DNA of 64,000 nt from an uncultured Gammaproteobacteria bacterium (GTDB lineage: Bacteria > Pseudomonadota > Gammaproteobacteria > JAURND01): assembly GCA_963714975.1 (NCBI GenBank), contig CAVQQD010000002.1, positions 640,001 through 704,000 on the forward strand. The letters are read 5' to 3'. Shown in pieces: positions 59,996 through 64,000 of the stretch. Within the stretch, counting starts at the first letter, position 1; the number at the start of each line of letters is the position of its first letter. The translations under genes were made by a program, and so were the position numbers. The notes under the pieces were generated by a model. The model was given only the letters and a program-made list of their open reading frames with translations, was not told the origin of the DNA and searched no databases.

Positions 59996-60067
59996 GCTTT
60001 AATCCCCTCTCCCCCCCGAGCGTTAGCGAGGGAAGGTGGGAGAGGGTCAGGGAGAGGGGGTATACCA

Positions 60068-61639
60068 ATGCTAAAGCGAGATATTTCAACCACCAATGTA
60101 TTAATTGCAGCCGCTGGCGGGATGATTGGCTCTGGCTGGTTATTTAGCCCTTTTATTAGCGCACAGATGGCTGGGAGCAATGCATTAATCTGCTGGGTTA
60201 TAGCCACCATTTTCATGGTATTTGTTGCCCTGCCATTGTGTGAATTGGGTGCTATGCTGCCCATTTCCGGGGGTATGGCCAATTATCCGACTTTTACCCA
60301 TGGTAAAGAGGTGGGCTTTTTATTTGCTTGGGCTTCTTGGCTATCTTATGTGGTCATGACCCCGATTGAAATCCAAGCTATTTTGCAATATGGCAGTCAT
60401 TTCTTGCCTTGGCTCGTGATTAAAGGGGAAACCGCATTTACCTTATCTGGCTGGGGGTATGGGGTTGCTATCCTCGTGATGTTATTTGTAGTGTTGTTAA
60501 ACACCTTTGGTATTAAATTACTGGCTGAATGTAATAAATACGCTAGCATTATAAAGTTTGCTGTTCCTATTATTGCTGTTATTGCCTTGCTGCACACCTC
60601 GCATTCGTTTGCCAATATCTCTATCAATCTGCATACCAAAGCAAGCTGGATGGGTATTTTTTCCGCCTTATCGACAGGGGGAGTCATTTTTGCTTTTACT
60701 GGATTTCAAAATGGTTTGATGTTGGCGGGCGAAGTACGCAATCCACAAAGAAATATTCCTATTGCCATTTTAGGTGCTGTTTTCATTGGGTTTGTCTTGT
60801 ATTTCCTGCTGCAACTTAGTTTCCTGGCCGCCATCCCAAAGTCGCTACTTAACCATGGTTGGCATCAGCTGGCTTTCGTGGGAGATAGTGGGCCTTTAGT
60901 GGGTTTAACTTTGTTGCTTGGATTGGGGCTAGTGGCCACATTACTCATGATTGATGCCTCTTTTTCGCCTTTTGGCACTACCTTAGTGTATACGGCAGCC
61001 ACCTCGCGTATTTTATACGGCATGGCACTTAACGAACACTTACCTAAGTTCCTGCTTAAGGTTAATCGTTATCGTATCCCTTATATTACTTTGTATATCA
61101 ATTTTGTCGTGGGGATCTTATCGTTTTTGCCTTTTCCAGGATGGCAAAAAATGGTGGCATTTCTTTCCTCGGCCAGTATTCTGTCCTATGGTATTGGGCC
61201 TATTTGCTTGTTAGCATTTCGTAAGTTGCAGCCTGACAGGGCTCGGCCATTTCAATTAAGCGCAGCTGGCCCGTTGTCCTATGTGGGGTTTTATGTGTGT
61301 AATTTAATGCTGTATTGGTGTGGTTTTGACATTATTTGGAAGCTTTTTCTTGCCATTTTGGTGGGTTTACTAATTAATCGAATTTATCAACGTAAAAACC
61401 TGCTTAGCTTCAGTCGCAGCTTAACGTGGTTTTTTAGCTATCTGGCCTGTTTATTGGGACTTTCTTATTTAGGTTCTTTTGGGGGAATTAACCTGCTGTC
61501 ATTTCCTATCGATGTCTTACTCATTTTGCCATTGAGTGTGTTTATGCTCTATCTTTCCCAGCGCTGCCTGGTGACCGAGGAAGATGGATCACCCCTCATC
61601 CGCCTTCGGCACCTTCTCCCACAAGGGGAGGAGGAATAA
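60068..61639 (+). CDS. APC-family amino acid permease
   Basis: GGMIGSGWLF, FAFTGFQ..AGEVRNPQRNIP; multiple TM helices. Confidence 0.9.
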   Translation: MLKRDISTTNVLIAAAGGMIGSGWLFSPFISAQMAGSNALICWVIATIFMVFVALPLCELGAMLPISGGMANYPTFTHGKEVGFLFAWASWLSYVVMTPIEIQAILQYGSHFLPWLVIKGETAFTLSGWGYGVAILVMLFVVLLNTFGIKLLAECNKYASIIKFAVPIIAVIALLHTSHSFANISINLHTKASWMGIFSALSTGGVIFAFTGFQNGLMLAGEVRNPQRNIPIAILGAVFIGFVLYFLLQLSFLAAIPKSLLNHGWHQLAFVGDSGPLVGLTLLLGLGLVATLLMIDASFSPFGTTLVYTAATSRILYGMALNEHLPKFLLKVNRYRIPYITLYINFVVGILSFLPFPGWQKMVAFLSSASILSYGIGPICLLAFRKLQPDRARPFQLSAAGPLSYVGFYVCNLMLYWCGFDIIWKLFLAILVGLLINRIYQRKNLLSFSRSLTWFFSYLACLLGLSYLGSFGGINLLSFPIDVLLILPLSVFMLYLSQRCLVTEEDGSPLIRLRHLLPQGEEE

Positions 61640-61808
61640 GGAAGATGGCTCACCCACAAGGGAGAAGGGAGTATGTCGAAAGTTTATGAGGGGGTTATTT
61701 TTAGGTCCAATTTGTGCTATAATGCCGGCTTTGCAAGGATGAGCAAAATTAAATACTGCCAGTGAGGTGGCAATTATTCTTAATTTTTTTGTTTTGGAAA
61801 TTTAAATC

Positions 61809-62912
61809 GTGAATAAAGTAAAACGTATCAACTGGACTAATACCCTGTTCCTAACCATCACCCCTTTAATAGCCATTTTTGGAACTCTTTTTATTATTCT
61901 AAACCATCAGTTTCATTCAGGAACTGCATGGCTTGCCCTTGGTATGACTATTGTTACCGGGCTTTCCGTCACCGCAGGTTATCATCGTTTGTTTTCTCAT
62001 CGAACCTATAAAGCAAGCTGGCCAGTCCGTGTCTTTTTTCTTTTATTTGGCGCCGGGGCTTTTGAGGGTAGCGCCGTAGAATGGTGTACTGATCATCGTC
62101 GGCATCATCTTTATACCGATACCGATAAAGATCCCTACAACATTAAAAAAGGATTTTGGTATGCCCACCTTGGGTGGTTGATATTTTTGGATACGTCGAA
62201 GCGAGATTTTAATAATGTAAAGGATCTGACTAATGATCCCTTAGTAAAATTCCAGCACCGTTTTTTTGTGTTCCTTGCTTTTATTATGGGCTTTGGATTG
62301 CCCATGGCTATTGCTAGCCTTTGGGGAGATCCTTGGGGAGGCTTAATCATTGCTGGCGCCTTGCGTATTGCTTTTCTGCAGCAGATGACTTTTTGTATTA
62401 ATTCAGTCTGCCATATGTTCGGCAAACGTACTTACTCAGAAAAGCTCAGTGCTCGTGATAATTGGTTTACGGCCTTATTTACTTTTGGGGAAGGTTTCCA
62501 TAATTTTCACCATCAATTTATGTTTGATTATCGTAATGGGATTCGGTTTTACGATTTTGATCCGAGTAAATGGTTAATCCGTGGCTTGGCCTATTTAGGC
62601 TTAGTCAGTGAGCTCAAGTGTGTCAGCCAAAAGCAATTGCTGCAGTATCGGATCCGCAATGAAGAACATCAGCTCATTCATGTAGTTAAACAACATTCAG
62701 AAGCTTTGTTGCACTCGGTAGAACATTGGTTATATCCCTTGCGAGATCGTATCTTAAAAACGGCTGCTTATATTGAGCACTTAGAAATGAAGGTACATAT
62801 AGATCGGCAATACAAGCAATTAAAGGAAGCGCGCTCAGAATTACGAAAATTATTATTACACTGGAGTCAGGTAATACGAAATCCAGAATTGGTCCTTTCT
62901 CTTTCTAGCTAG
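61809..62912 (+). CDS. Delta-9 acyl-CoA/fatty acid desaturase
   Basis: His boxes HRLFSH, HRRHH and GEGFHNFHH. Confidence 0.92.
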   Translation: MNKVKRINWTNTLFLTITPLIAIFGTLFIILNHQFHSGTAWLALGMTIVTGLSVTAGYHRLFSHRTYKASWPVRVFFLLFGAGAFEGSAVEWCTDHRRHHLYTDTDKDPYNIKKGFWYAHLGWLIFLDTSKRDFNNVKDLTNDPLVKFQHRFFVFLAFIMGFGLPMAIASLWGDPWGGLIIAGALRIAFLQQMTFCINSVCHMFGKRTYSEKLSARDNWFTALFTFGEGFHNFHHQFMFDYRNGIRFYDFDPSKWLIRGLAYLGLVSELKCVSQKQLLQYRIRNEEHQLIHVVKQHSEALLHSVEHWLYPLRDRILKTAAYIEHLEMKVHIDRQYKQLKEARSELRKLLLHWSQVIRNPELVLSLSS

Positions 62913-62966
62913 TCGGGGGATGACACTAGCTAATCGATCGGGATGACGCCTGGGAGCATTCTATCT

Positions 62967-64000
62967 ATGTTACAAGCCTATCGAGAGCAAATTGATGATC
63001 TAGATGCCAAGCTGGTAGAAATGATGAATCAGCGCGCCCAATTGGCCCAAGCCATTGGAAAATTGAAGGCAGGCTCGGTTTATCATCCCGGTCGTGAGTT
63101 AGAAATTTTGCATCATTTACAGCAAATAAACTCAGGGCCATTATCTCACCAGGCTATTGCTCTTACATTTAAGGAATTGATATCGGCTTGTCGGGAATTG
63201 CAAGATGTTTTAACTATTAGTTATCTAGGGCCTCCTGGCACTTTTAGTCAGGCAGCGGTTTTTGCTCATTTTGGCCATGGAGTTAAATTGCATGATTGCA
63301 GTTCAATTGATGAAGTTTTTCGTAGTGTTGTATTGAAGCAAGTGCAATTGGCGGTAGTTCCGGTAGAAAATTCCACTGAAGGCGCAGTAAATAAAACCTT
63401 AGATTTACTCACAACGACAGATTTGCGCATCGTCGGAGAAATAGTATTACCGATTCGGCAGCAATTATTACGCAAGACCAGCACTCTTGAGGGGCTGGAA
63501 AAAATCTATTCGCATCCACAATCCTTGGCACAGTGCAACCAATGGCTTAATAGCCAAGTGCCAAATGTGCAACGAATTCCGGTAGAGAGCAATGCCCAAG
63601 GAGCACGTTTGGCTGCTGAAGATGCGACTGCCGCTGCTATTGCAGGTGAGGTAGCCGCTGAATTGTATCAGCTGCAGGTAGTTGCGGCCGATATTCAAGA
63701 CGACATTAATAACACGACCCGATTTTTGATTTTGGGACATTTGGATAGCGCTCCTACCGGGCAGGATAAAACCTCCTTGGTGGTGGCAATTAAAAATCGC
63801 AGTGGGGCCTTGGTCGATTTGCTCACTCCTTTGTTCCGATATAATGTCAGCATGACTAAATTAGAATCCAGGCCTGCGCATACTGCTTTATGGGAATATT
63901 TATTTTTTATTGATGTGGAAGGGCATGAAAGAGATCCTAATGTAGCGAGTGCCATTACAGAAATGGCTCAGCAAAGTATTTTTATAAAAATATTAGGGTC
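62967..64000 (+). CDS. pheA: Chorismate mutase/prephenate dehydratase (3'-truncated by window)
   Basis: Translated by hand: MLQAYREQIDDLD.., YLGPPGTFS, PVENSTEG, SHPQSLAQC, NTTRF, LESRP; absent from the ORF track because no stop falls in the window. Confidence 0.93.
   Translation, partial: MLQAYREQIDDLDAKLVEMMNQRAQLAQAIGKLKAGSVYHPGRELEILHHLQQINSGPLSHQAIALTFKELISACRELQDVLTISYLGPPGTFSQAAVFAHFGHGVKLHDCSSIDEVFRSVVLKQVQLAVVPVENSTEGAVNKTLDLLTTTDLRIVGEIVLPIRQQLLRKTSTLEGLEKIYSHPQSLAQCNQWLNSQVPNVQRIPVESNAQGARLAAEDATAAAIAGEVAAELYQLQVVAADIQDDINNTTRFLILGHLDSAPTGQDKTSLVVAIKNRSGALVDLLTPLFRYNVSMTKLESRPAHTALWEYLFFIDVEGHERDPNVASAITEMAQQSIFIKILG

Noticed and set aside
1-64000. tRNA/rRNA genes and the many short antisense ORFs in the track
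   Set aside because: No tRNA or rRNA signatures seen; the short ORFs overlap well-supported genes on other frames

Overview
A low-GC gammaproteobacterial chromosome segment that looks Legionellales/Coxiellales-like, judged from PmrA-type boxes, a Ceg4/Lem4-like HAD protein and an inverse autotransporter. The housekeeping blocks are nuoD-N, an RND pump, a 2-oxoacid dehydrogenase E1/E2 set, ugpQ-fadE, minCDE, fadD-prpBC-ispG, an ilvB-ilvN-ilvC-thrC-like-ilvD operon, an APC permease, a desaturase and a partial pheA. Two accessory zones (about 12.9-25 kb and 45-53 kb) hold orphan membrane or effector-like paralogs, toxin-antitoxin modules lying between duplicated gene ends, IS605-family elements and many palindromic repeats. 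The highlight is an IS110 (IS621-type) bridge-recombinase element. Its bridge-RNA guides can be read directly from its left end, and they match the right end (omega-RNA/TCAA end) of the IS605/TnpB element into which it has inserted, which itself interrupts a vapC toxin gene. Other notable items are a threonine-synthase-like enzyme fused to a LeuA-type allosteric domain in an ilv operon with no ilvA, an in-frame repeat insertion in nuoG, and a probable ATT-initiated PAP2 phosphatase. All calls come from reading the sequence and recognising motifs; no database searches were run.
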